From: Octopus vulgaris
Taxonomy: Eukaryota
NCBI GenBank assembly: GCA_951406725.2
Contig: OX597814.1
Location: 30,070,001-30,134,000 of the forward strand
DNA: 64,000 bases
Direction: 5' to 3'
Shown: positions 42,012 through 56,100 of the stretch, piece by piece
How positions within the stretch are numbered: position 1 is the first letter of the stretch
How the letters are laid out: the number at the start of each line of letters is the position of its first letter
Position numbers and translations under genes: made by a program
Notes under the pieces: generated by a model
The model's database searches: none
What the model was told of the DNA's origin: nothing
Seen by the model: only the letters and a program-made list of their open reading frames with translations

Positions 42012-43789
42012 GTGTGCATGTCTTTGTGTCAGTGTTTGCACCCTCACCATCGCTTGACAACTTAGCAGTTCAGCAAAAGAGACCGATAGAATAAGTAGTA
42101 GGCTTACAAAGAATAAGTCCTAGGGTCAATTTCTTTGACTAAAGGCAGTGTTCCAGCATAGCCACAATCAAATGACTGAAACGTGTAAAAGAGTAAAGCT
42201 TGATGACCATCCCTGTAATTTAGTGGTTTAATTGAGGAGGCCAATAGGAGAAGTTGGTTAGTCCGCAATACTTCATAAGGAGCATAGGGCTGGTTTCCTG
42301 GGTTTCCTAGCACACATATTTCTCCCTGGATAGAATGCTAGACTGTCGCAGGATTACTCGTTTTTTCCAGATGAGTGGACTAGAGCAATGTTAAATGAAC
42401 TCAAGAAGACAACACACTGCCAGCAGCAGGAATCGAAACCACAATCTTACTATCATAAGTTCAACATCCTAACTACTAAGCCATGCGCCTCCATAAGATT
42501 AAGCACCAAATTTTAAAATAATTACTAATATCAATTTGTTTGACTAAGCTCTACAAGGCAATGCCCATTCATGGCTCTGGTTTAATGACTAAAAATAGTA
42601 AAAGATAAACAAAAATATCAAAGATAAAAAAAAGAGACAACTTACCATTCCTTTCTGTGGATCTGAGAGAAAGTTATTTATATATAACAAGTTGAAATAC
42701 CAAGTGTCTTTACAGTAATTTATCTCAAAGCCATCCTTTGGCCAATAAGGTCCATCACCCCAATAGCGAAACAAAGGAATGTACACCATCATAACAAGCA
42801 TGTAGGGAGGGGTCAAGCTGGTGTGAAAGATAAAATAAACCAATTAGTACAATAACATTTTTAGAAAGACTAAATTAAATACAATAATCAGATATGATAA
42901 TGAATATCACTTAAAGGAAACATACACACATCATCATCATTTAACATCCGCTTTCCATGCTGGTATGGGATGGATGATTTGACTGACAATTGGCAAGCCA
43001 GAAGGCTGTACCAGGCTCTGATCAGATCTGTCAAGGTGTCTACAGCTGGATGCCCTTCCTAATGCCAACCACTCTTTGCTGATCTTTAGCTTTATGCTGA
43101 CATCCATTGGGCAACTGTACATAGTTCCTATTCTCTGTTCCAAATCACTATGTCTGGTCTACTATGTGTACATTTTATTGTAGTTTTCACTGGGACATTC
43201 CACCGGTACACTATCACATTATGAGTTGCTATGGCCTCTTATCAATATGGCGTCAGGATTATCCTTCTGACAGATCTCATTATACAATGTTTTGACTACA
43301 ATATCATGTTGCATTGATTGATAATAATGCAATGACAGTTCTGGACAACTGCTTATGATGTGGGTGATATCTTTGGTGTTAACTCACCAAAGTCTGTATT
43401 GGTTATCATATATTGGTGTTTTTCCTGTCCCTTTTGTGTATCAGATATCTGATTGATATTTCCTGTTCCTGGATTACCAATGCATACCCTTCAAAGTGAG
43501 AGTTAGTAATCTGGCTGTTAGTCCACGATAGACTGCTTTGATTATCAATGTTAGTCATCCTGGAGCTTTCTGTTAACATATCCATGCATGGTCCTCCGCT
43601 AATATACAATCCCCCTAGAGTCATGAAGCTTCTTTGGGCATGTATTTAAGGTTATCAGGGAAGGAGTGCTGCTCAACTAGCTGCTTTTCAAGTCTCATAA
43701 TATTATCTGCCTCATGTATGCAAACTTGGTCAAGGCATGCACTTCAAAATTGGTGGTTAAAAGATGTTGCCAAAGGGATATGATGTGAC

Positions 43790-43820
<31 letters not shown>

Positions 43821-46800
43821 TGTGTGCCTTCATGCATGTCTAACATTAATAATAGGGTATTTTTTCATGCACGCATATATATGTGTGTATGTATGTATGT
43901 ATGAATGCATGTGTCTGTATACATACACGCATACATGTATACCAAGCAAATATTACTAAAAGATATAAGTGTATCAAATAACTCAATCCTAAATTGATAT
44001 TTTGCAATGCCATTAAAATACTTACCGCCAAAATCGATGTATGTAATAGTACACCCAGCCAAATTTACCTTCTGTTTTCTCCAAAGCTTTAAAGTTTCCA
44101 TAAGATACCAAAAGTCCACTGATGAGGTGAAATGAAAAGATATATTAATAAATTAATCAATAAATAATTATTACAATATCATTATTATGACAATTTTTAA
44201 GGTGGTGAGCTGGCAGAATCGTTAGTGTGGTGGACGAAATGCTTAGCAGTATTTTGCCTGTCACTATGTTCTGAGATCAAATTCTGCCAAGATCAACTTT
44301 GCCTTTCATCCTTTCAAGGTTGATAAGTACCAGTTGAGTAGATATCTATATATATTAGCTTGTGAAAAGTCACAGCTTGCTTAGTCGGGAAGCGTGTTTT
44401 GGTTCGACTTCTATCACTCGACCTGTTTTCTTTTGGCTCCCTCTCTCTCTCTCTCAAACTGTTGCTTATAATGTTTAAAAGACCACTGTTTTGAATCTAA
44501 ATACCATCATCATTATCATCATTGTTTAACCTACGTTTTCCGTGCTAGCACGGGTTGGACGGTTCGACTGGGGTCTGGGAAGCCAGAAGACTGCACCAGG
44601 CTCCAGTCTGATCTGGCAGTGTTTCTACAGCTGGATGCCCTTCCTAACGCCAACCACTCTGTGAGTGTAGTGGGTGCTTTTTACATGCCACCGGTACAGG
44701 TGCCAGGGGAGGCTGGCAGCGGCCACAATTGGTTGGTGCTTTTTACGTGCCACCGGCACAAGGTCAAATTTTTTCTTTCATCATTTTTGTAGCCATAAAC
44801 CAGTAATGCATTGGAATTAGTCCAGTAGACTAAAATCTCTCCTTTATATTTAAAAAAGATTATCTTGTACTTTTGAATGAAATTTAAGTTCCTGCTTCTT
44901 CTAAAAAAGAAAGAAAAAACTGATATTGCTAACAAATTTACATACCTCAATAAGAAAAATGTATCAACAGAGACCATAGCATTTGCAATGCCTTGGAATG
45001 CAAAATTTTTTGCAAAATCCTGAATAATTGTTAGGTTTCCTAAAATAAGAACAAAAAGAAAAAAAAACGTATGTTTAAAAAATGCATTTCATAAAAATAT
45101 ATATAAAATAAAGCTCTGTCACCCATAACATTACCAAAAATTTTGCTTTTGGGTTTACTTTCATTATATTTTTGACAATAAGTTCTGTTTTGTCATTCCA
45201 GAACTTCCTCAGTTTCTCTATAACAATTAACAGAAATACATCATTTCTAATCTTTTTTAGTCTTTCAAAGACAACGAAAACAATAGTAATAAATATGCTG
45301 AATTTTACAATTTAAATTATTTCAGTTTTTTTTTTTTCTGTTCAAAAGTTGGAATTTATGTCTTAGAGAACAAAGTGTTAGTTCTTATTTTACTAATTCA
45401 CCTGAAAAGTATTCTTTTACATAAGTTCATGACTACAGAAAAATCTCAGCTGTGGTTCCAAAATTTAATAATAGAACAAGAAGTTTACTTCTTTTATAAA
45501 ACAGGAAGGGTGACAGATGGGCAAAATTGTTAGACTGTTAGTCAAAAATAACCTGTGACATTTAATTACACCCCTTTATGTTCTGAGTTAAAATATTGGT
45601 AAGGGCAATTTTTGTTTTATCTTTTTAAATACTAGTCAAGAGCTGGGGTTGATGCAATTGGTTAACCCACTCTTCTCAATATTGCTGGCCTTGTGCCTAA
45701 ACTAGAACAGGAAGTTTTCCTGGAAAAGGAATCTGGACAAATTTTTAAAATTCACTATATCAACCTTGCAGTTTATTAATTTCTTATAGATGTTAAGGCA
45801 TGCATTCGTTAGTAAATTTTGTAAACTATATCAAAAGTGTTGCCAATTTAGTCAAACTTTATTACTTTGGTGAAAATAAATATTCTGAAGTCGATAATAA
45901 GTAGTAATAACTAAGAATTCAATGCTATAAAAACTGTTTATTGTACCCTCAAATACTCAGAACAGAGAAGGTCCTATGCATTATTTGAGTGGCACTCATT
46001 TTTCACCTCTCCAAATCATTGAACGCAAAACCAATAAACATTTTATTTTGTGACTGATGAGAAATATTGATTTTAAGTTGATTTAAGTATACTTATATAA
46101 CTTAATATTTCTGAACTCCATAGTGAGTTCTCCTTAATAAGAATATTTCTTGTCTCTGTGGCATATGTATTTTTAGCAAAATTATTTTATAAATCTGTTA
46201 TTATTTCATTGAAGAAAACAATAGATACAATTATGTGACAGGAAGGGAAGTAACTATTTTATGATACACACAACTACATGGTTTTGTTGTTGCCTAGGTG
46301 GGTCATTATGTCAATAATAAACACTTGCTTTGATTCTGTTTCACTTTTTTATTATTAGTCAGTTAGTTTAATCAATTAACTAAGAAGTTGTTTGATTAAC
46401 CATTTAGTCAATAAATCAAATATACAAGCTCGCATCAAGTATCTTGGAAACCAAATACAAAACAGAAATATAAAGTATATTACATGTTAACTTGTACTGA
46501 ATTGTATATTGTTTTAGAATATTTCAGGTCAGCTCAAGGTCTTGAGATTTCAATAGAATTTGTTTATGTCTTAACCCTTTCGTTGCTGTATTTATTTTGA
46601 GATGCTCTGTGTTTCTTTCAATTACTTTAAATATAACAAAGAATTTAGTAAAATAACTTAGCTATCATTCAGCTAGTTTTAGGAACATAAATTGTGACTA
46701 AGGTTTGGTGGAAGATTTTAATTCAAAACATATGAAAACAAGACATATGTACTCAGAGCCAGAGCCGGTTTCAGCCGGGTTGGTAATGAAAAGGTTAAAT

Positions 46801-48529
46801 GAAGTTAAAAACTTACTCCAAATTGGCATCCCAAAGATATAGGTGTGACCTAATATGACCCAGGTCATGCTGAGGAATCGAATGCCATGTATACAGGTCA
46901 ATGTACCATCTGGCTGATTTGTACTTAGCAACTTTTTAGCATTCTTATAAACAGAGAATGTAAGGAGAAATTTTGATACAGCATCTGCAAAACAAAAAAA
47001 TATATTTGTTAGTGAAGAGAATTAAATAAGGAGAGCGTGATTTAGTGAATATGTATAATGTTATAGGTACAGGTGTGGCTGTGTGGTAAGAAGCTTGCTT
47101 CCCAACCAAACAAACTCTCTCAACAATAACTTACTAACAAGCCACACCTTACATACTTTCCCCCTATCCTCCTCTATCAAACTTCTACATCTATTTCCCT
47201 GGCCTTGGTAAACATCTCATACATCTCAACTTGATAAACATCTCATCATATATACAGGTGTTGGACAAAATAATGGAAACATCTCGCATCATAATTTTGA
47301 AATATCTATAAAACCATCAAAAGCTTGTTTATTTTGTCAAAAGTGTCTTTAATTTTATGCTTTTTGATTTATTATCAGCGTTGCTTAATAAGTTTTGCTA
47401 AAATTGCTGTTTCTTTTCAGATATTGTCAGAAAAAGGTAATTAAAATTCATTAAAATGACAGATCTATTGGACTTGCAAAGAGGTCAAATTGCTGGTGCT
47501 AGTATGACAGGTGTTAGCGTAATGAAAACATTTCAAATGTTTGGTGTATCAAGAAGTACTGTTTTGAAAGTAATGATAGCCTTTGAGAAAGAGGGAAAAA
47601 CCTCCTTGTTGAAGCAAAACTCTGGAAGAAAACCAAAATTTTCACATAGGGACTGTCTGACTCTTATGTGAATTGTTAGAAAGGATCACATAAGTACAGC
47701 TCCCAAAATTACTGCAGAGCTTAATGACCACCTTGAGAACCCAGTTTCCAGAAAAACTGTTTGCCGGGAGCTGCATGAAGCCAGTCTTCACGGGACGGCT
47801 GCAATGAGAGAACCACTACTTTTAAAAACAAATGTTGCAAAGCATTTAGAGTGCAGTAAAAATCTACAGAATTGGTCCCTAGAGCAGTGGAAGAATGTTA
47901 TCTTCTCGGATGAGTCATCCTTTACCTTATTTCCAACTACTGGTCAAGTATACATGTGGAGACAGCCAAAAGAATTATCTGACCCAGACTTCCTTCTTCC
48001 AACTGTTAAACATGGAGGAAGATCTGTGATGATCTGGGGGAGCTATATCTTGGAAATCCGCTGGCCCAATAGTTTCCCTTCATGGCAGAATTAATAGTCA
48101 AGACTATTTAAGCATTTTATCTGATCAAATTCATCCTATGATTGCAGAACTGTTTCTGGAGGGAAATGCAATTTTTCAGGATGATAATGCACCAATTTGC
48201 ACAGCTAAAGTTGCTGCTGAATGGCACGATGAACAATCTAGTGGAGTTAAACATCTTATCTAGCCACCACAGTCCCCAGATATCAAAATTATCGAACATT
48301 TATGATGCATTTTAGAAGAACAAATAAGGGGTCCCCCACTATCATCACTACAAGAACTAGAGACTGTTTTAGCTGAAGAATGGATAAAAATTCCTTTGGA
48401 AACAATTCAAACTTTGTACGATTCCTTACCTCATAGAATTCAAGCTGTAATTACCGCCAAAGGCGGACCTACCCAATATCAAAATAAATTTGTTTGAAAT
48501 TTTAAGGTGTTTTTCATTATTTTGTCCAA

Positions 48530-48574
<45 letters not shown>

Positions 48575-48773
48575 TCTTTTACTTGTTTCAGTCATTTGAT
48601 TGTGGCCATGCTGGAGCACTGCCTTTAGTCGAGCAAATCGACCCCAGGACTTATTCTTTGTAAGCCTAGTACTTATTCTATTGGTCTCTTTTGCCAAACT
48701 GCTAATTACAGGGATGTAAACACACCAGCATCGGTTGTCAAACGATGTTGAGGGAACAAATAGACACACAAAC

Positions 48774-48836
<63 letters not shown>

Positions 48837-49125
48837 CATATACATACATACACATACATACATATACATACATACATATATATATACATACATACATATA
48901 CATACATACATATACATACATACATACATATACATACATACATACATATACATACATACATACATACATACATATACATACATACATACATATACATACA
49001 TACATACATACATATACATATACATACATACATACATATACATACATACATACATACATACATATACATACATACATACATATACATACATACATACATA
49101 CATATACATATATATATATACATAC

Positions 49126-49174
<49 letters not shown>

Positions 49175-49333
49175 ACAGGCTTCTTTCAGTTTTTGTCAAA
49201 CAAATCCACTCACACGGCTTTGGTCGGCCTGAGGCTATAGTAGAAGACACTTGCCCAAAGTGCCACGCAGTGGGACTGAACCTGGAACCATGTGGTTTGT
49301 AAGCTAGCTACTTACCACACAGCCACACCTACG

Positions 49334-49368
<35 letters not shown>

Positions 49369-52300
49369 TAGCTGAAGGTGACCCGCTCTACGCACAGGTA
49401 AAAGTGTGGTTGTTACTTTCTGTTGCTTCCTTTCAGCACATAAAAAGCACCATCCGAACGTGGCCGATTGCAGCGCCGCCTTGACTTGCTTCTGTGCCGG
49501 TGGCACGTAAAAAGCACCAACCGATCGTTGCCGCTGCGAGACCCTCTGGCACCTGTGCCGGCGGCACGAAAAAAGCACCCACTACACTCACAGAGTGGTT
49601 GGTGTTAGGAAGGTCATCCACCTGTAGAAACACTGCCAGATCAGACTGGAGCCTGGAGCAGCCTCCTGGCTTCCCAGACCCCGGTCAAACTGTCCAAACC
49701 GTGCTAGCACGGAAAACGGACGTTAAATTATGATGATGATTCTCCGTTTTTGTTTCTCTCTCCTTTCTCTCTCACTTTCCCACTCTCTTACTTTTCTTTT
49801 CTCTCGGACTCTCGCTCACTTTCTCTTACTCTCTATCTTTCTCTATCTCTCTCCCATTTATAAACAACAGAAGATCTTGAGTAAGTTGAGAAATAAAATA
49901 TTTAGAAAGATCAATCATAAATATCAGGCAGTGGCAATGGAAAGGCCTGCTTCAAGGCAGACAGCAAAACGCTAACATTTAAAAGGGACAGACGAACATG
50001 CGAGCTGAATAAAAATAATAAAATATTGGAAACTAAAGTTTGAAGGGATAGAATCTGAGGATAGTAGAGTCACCATGGCTGGCATTTCTTAACGACGGAC
50101 AACAACGTATTGACAGTTTAACGGCTGGCGTAAAATTTTGAACATGATGTAAAAGAAAATTCATAAACACCAAGTTTTGAAGTGATTCTTTCTCACGACA
50201 GTAGACTCACCATGGCAAGCATTCAAAACTTCTTTATCATGGACGGCAACACATTAACGATTAAAAGGCTGGCGCAAATTTTTTAGCTTGATGTAACAGA
50301 GAATTCCTAAACACCCGCTCCTTGAAATTTTAATCCCCTTCCAGCCCCTTTTCACATTTTGGTTAATATAACCCGATTTTATTCGGGTCTACTGGGGCCA
50401 CATTTTATAAGATGAGGAATTTTGTCCTAGAGGTGACGCCTTTCATTTGAGGAAAAAATAGTTGTCATGCAAACTTGCCAGCACTTTTAACATAGGTGTG
50501 CATATTTTCAGCTGAATCGACCGACTACGTAATGCACACATTATATATATATATATATGTATATATATGTGTGTGTGTGTGTGTGTCTGCACGCATTATA
50601 TATACAAATGTATACAAATGAGATATATATCTGTATAAATTAAATTAGAGAGAAAACCACTAATAGGCAAATCAAACAGTGAAAAACCAAAACCAAAAAC
50701 ATAAAAAAAAAATATAATATAAAAAATATATAAAATATAAAATTGAAAAATTTAAATTATTTAAATTGAAAATAAAAATTATTAAATTATATTTATAATT
50801 TGTTTAAAAATATATATAACTATGAAAAAGTATGAAAAAGTTTAATATACATAAATACAGATATATACACTTTGTATATATACATTATATATACATATTT
50901 ATATATAGAACACACACACATACATTATATATACATATTTATATATAGAACACATACATTATATATACATATTTATATATAGAACACACACACACACACA
51001 TATAAATGAACGCAAGAATATCTGATTCATAATATTTGTTCTCATGCTCGTGTGTTGTTGGTGACAGACAGATACTTAAAAGAATGCCGCCGAAGTGATG
51101 GGAAGGTAGGAAACAGAGTCAGTGAAAAAGAGAGGAAATAGCAAGAGTGACAGATACTTTAAATAACGGTAGTGGACTTATCAAAGTTATAAATAAAGGG
51201 GAGTAAGAGAGGGAAAGGAGGAAATAGCGTGAGTGAGGAAGATGGCCCCTAGCAACCACACCTTTTAAGATAGGGATTTCTAAGGTAGCCCACGAGCATC
51301 GTCACCTCATTCTACATGTCCCTGTAAATTTTGGAGCGAATCGGACGGGAGGTAGTGGCATTGAAAGCGATCCAAGCGGTAAAAACGCATTTCAGTTTTA
51401 TATATAGAGAAGATATATATATATATATATACATATATAAATTGTTGACATTATAAAAATTTAGAAACTTTGAGAGAATAGTAAAGTTCAAAGGAAATAA
51501 AAATATAGATAACAGCATATAAATATTAGGCTTATGTGTATATATATATATATATGTGTGTGTATATAGATAGATATATGTGTAGATAGATAGATGTGTG
51601 TGTGAGAGAGAGAGAGCGGGAGAGAGAGGGAGATAGGTGCAGGCATGGCTGTGTGTTTAAGAAGCTTGCTTTTGAACTATGTAGCCTTGAGTTCAGTCCC
51701 ACTGCATGAAACTTCGGGCAAGTGTCTCCTATTATAGCCCTGGGCTGACTAAAGTCTCATGAGTGAATTCAATAGATGGAAACTGAAATTTGGCTTGACA
51801 TGGTTTCTATGGCTGGATGCCCTTCCTCATGCCAACCACTTCAAGAATGTAATGAGTGATTTTATGTGCCACCGGCACAGGTGTCAGTTGCATGACACTA
51901 GTATCTGTCATGACTATGATTTCACTTGGCTTGATGGGTTTTCTCAAGCATGGCATATTGCCAAAGGCCTCAGTCATTTGTCATTGCCTCTGTGAGGCTC
52001 AACACTCAAAATCTGCTTTTTATGTCCCACCAGCATGGGTGCCAATTACATAACACTGGCATCGATGGATTGATAACATGCCCTCTGTCGTTAACCAGGA
52101 GAATTCATCTATGAAGCAATTGCCCCAGCTCCCTTTCAGGGTTGGCGAAAGCGATGTGGTGGACAACGCAAAACCTGGCTGATGATAGTCAAGGCTGATC
52201 TGGAACCCAACCTAGGCCCCCATGTCTACAGCGTTCGCCGCTGGAATAAGGAGTGGTTGGAGATCATGCGGTCATTAGCCTCAAATCGCCAGGCCTGGTT

Positions 52301-53109
52301 GGCGTTTGTGAGAGATGCAGCATTGAGGATGAATGAAGCCAGCTCAACGCACCCCGGGTGAATGCTGTCTCAAGTCAAGTCAAGTCAAAAACTGGCATCG
52401 ACCACGTTGCCTCCATGAGGCCCAATGCTCAACAGGTACTTTTTATGTGCTACAAGTACAGGTGTCAGTTGCCTCCATGAGGTCCAATACTCAAAAGGTG
52501 TTTTTTTACACGTCACCAGCACAGGTGCTGGTTACAAGAGACCAGCATTGGTCATGACTACGGTTTCACTTGGCTTGATGGGTCTTCTCAAGCACAGCAT
52601 ATTGCGAAAGGTATCTAGTCATTGCCTCTGTGAAGCCCAACATTCAGAGCTCATGCTTCACCAGCTTGTCCCATGTCTTCCTGGGTGTACCTCTTCCACA
52701 AGTTCTCTCTACAGTTAGAGATTGGCAAAAAGAACAATGCAAATACATGAATGAAATGAATGCAAAGGCACAAGCATGGCTGAGAGGTTAAGAAGCTCAC
52801 TTTGCAACCAAATGGTTTCAGGCTGTACCACGGTGTGGTATTTTGGGTTAGTGTCTTCTACTATAGTCTTGGGCTGACAAAAATGCCCTGTTAGTGAATT
52901 TGGCAGGAGGAAATTGATTGACAGAAACTGTGTGGAAGCCCTTCATATGTGTGAAGGAGTGGCTGTGTGGTAAGTAGTTTGCTTACGAATCACATGGTCC
53001 CAGGTTCAGTCCCACTGTGTGACACCTTGGGCAAGTGCCTTCTACTATAGCCTTGGGTCGAACAAAGCCTTGTGAGTGGATTTGTTAGACGGAAACTGAA
53101 AGAAGCCTG

Positions 53110-53155
<46 letters not shown>

Positions 53156-56100
53156 GTGTGTGCGTGTGTGCGTGTGTGCGTGTGCGTGTGTGTGTGTGTG
53201 TGTGTTTTTTCTTCTGTTGGTACCTCCACTTCCTTCTGCCTGACAATGGGTGTTGGCTTGTGCATGTGTCTGAAACTTAGCAGTTCAGCAAAAATGACCA
53301 ATAGAATAAGTAGCAGGATTAAAGAAAACAAGTACCAGAATAAATTTGCTTGATGAAAACTCTTTAAGGCAGTGCTTCAGGATGGCCACAGTCCAATGAT
53401 TGAAACAACTGGAAAAAGTATAAGAAAATAAGATAATGTTTTTACCTAATTCCTCATCACTTTTTGATGGAGTTTTGGTACCATTGCAGTTAACATGAGC
53501 CTCTTTTTCTTTCAATGAAACGTCTTGTGTGCTAGTTGGAAGAGAATTATTGATTCCATTCTGAGCAGCAGCATTTGAAGAGGACTTCCCAGATTGTAAA
53601 AGGACATCATATAATGTCCCCAGAAATATGTGCAGTAAGAAAATTGAGATGATAATCCTATAATAAAGAAGAAAATAATAATAATAATCCTTTCTATTAT
53701 AAGTACAAGGCTTGAAATTTTGGCGGGGAGGGGCCAAGTCAACTACATCAATCCCAGTGTTTCACTGGTATTTAATTTATAGATTCCAAAGGATAAAAGG
53801 CAAAGTTGACCTTGGCAGAATATGAGCCTGGAATGTTGTTGCTGAATGGCACGAGGAAGATTCTAGTGAAGTTGAACATCTTATCTTGCCATCACAGTCC
53901 CCAGATATCAAAATTATCGAACATTTATGATGCATTTTAGAAAAACAAATAAGGGGTCGATATCCCCCACTATCATCACTACAAGGACTGGAGACCGTTT
54001 TAGCTGAAGAATGGATAAAAATTCCTTTGGAAACAATTCAAACTTTGTACGAGTCCATACCTTGTAGAATCCAAGCTGAAATTATTGCCAAAGGCTGTCC
54101 TACACCATCATCATCATCATCATCCTCGTTTAATGTCCGCTTTCCATGCTAGCATGGGTTGGACGATTTTAACTGAGGGCTGATGAACCAGATGGCTGCA
54201 CCAGGCTCCAATTTTGATCTGGCAGAGTTTCTACAGCTTGATGCCCTTCCTAACGCCAATTAAAATAAATTTGTTTGAAATTTTAAGGTGTTTCTATTAT
54301 TTTGTCCAACCACTGTATATATGTGTGTGTGTGTGTGTGTGTGTGAGTATTTTTGCTTCTATATGTCTTCTTATTGGTACCACTTGGGCTACAGTGAAGT
54401 TTGTTTATGACCCACATAAATAATATGTCCTGGAGTGCAGCAGTTTGACATGCAAAAGACGAGTGGAAGGAAGTACTTTACTTGCAATCATGTAAGGGTT
54501 GGTGTAAAGAAGGACATCCAGTCATAGAATACTGACTTAAAAGATCTCACCCAAACCATGCCAACACTGGAACCCCCCCCCCCCATCACCACTAAAAACA
54601 GATCTAAAAATTATGATCATGGTGGCGATGGTGTTGTTGTTGCTGTTGGTGGTGGTGATGATTCACTAAACTACAAATTGCATCAAGAGTAACTCCTACA
54701 TCAACAGACTAAAATATCCTCCTCCTATCACCATTATCATCTTCCCCTCCTCCTCCTCACTGAATTTTTACATTTGGCCAGTGAAATTTTTTCTCTCCTT
54801 TTTTCATCTCACAATGCGATCTGTTACATTTGGCTTTCATAAATGAATGATAATGTTTAGAAACAAATACAGCCTGTACTTTAAGCTGGACTTTTTTTAT
54901 ATATGTTTTACTTGAAATAATATTATTTCCCATTTGTTTCAACATTTGGTGTGCTATTTTAACTAATATATTTAACCTAATTTCCTTTGTGAAACACTTG
55001 GCAGGATATGAATTAATTTTTAATACAATATTTTTTATTAATTTTTAGTTTTTTAGTATCTTTAACAGAAAAAATATATTATTGATTATTTTTTTTTCCC
55101 ATTTATCTAACTATTTGTTTTTAATTAATGTTTTTCTTCAAATTATAGCTGTAATCTATTATTGAAGGAATATATGAAAAACCATTCTTAATTTCAATGT
55201 TTGATAAGCATGCTTAGTTTATCAGGCAGGAAAATTACTACCATCCTGCTTTGATAGAATTAGATGAATTCTTGAAGATTAATTCTTTGTGATGTCTGAT
55301 GTGTAGGTGGAAAATTGTGCAAGAACAGGAAAACTAGAAATTCATTGAATTAAAGAAAAATGAAGATTAAGTGTGGGTAGGATAGGGGAAATCATGTCAT
55401 ATTCTCAGAGAGGGATGGCAGGGGAAATGTAAAACAGCTGAGAAAAAAAAACAAAACAAATGACACAAACACGACTGGTAAAACACATGCATCAAAACAC
55501 ACACCTCCCATTATCATATGGATCTAGTTCCAGTTACCATTTTGTGAATTGTGACACATCTTCTAGAGGCAAAGATAATTTTGATAAATCATCAATTCAT
55601 GTAGTATGGTATTTAATATACCTATATTTTGTCTATGTGTGAAGGCACGTGGCTTAATGGTTAGGGGCATTCGACTCATGATCGTAAGGTTGTGAGTTCA
55701 ATTCCAGGCGACGCGTTGTATCATTGAGCAGGACACTTTATTTCACGTTGCTCCACTCCAATCAGCTGGCAAAAATGAGTAGTACCTGTATTTCAAAAGG
55801 GCCAGCCTTGTCACACCTTGTGTCATCCAGAATCTCCCTGAGAACTACGTTAAGGGTACACGTGTTTGTGGAGTGCTCAGCCACTTACACGTTAATTTCA
55901 CGAGCAAGCTGTTCCGTTGATCGTATCAGCTGGGACCCTTGTCGTTGCAACCGATGGAGTGCTCCTATCCTATGTATGTATGTATGTATGTATGTGAGAT
56001 CGCGTGGCTTAGTGGTTAGGGCATTCGGCTCATGATCGTAAGGTAGTGAGTTCAATTCCTGGCGGCACATTGTGTCCTTGAGCAAGACACTTTATTTCAC

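Noticed and set aside
47456-48480. Active or domesticated Tc1 transposase gene
   Set aside because: Multiple in-frame stops and frameshifts.
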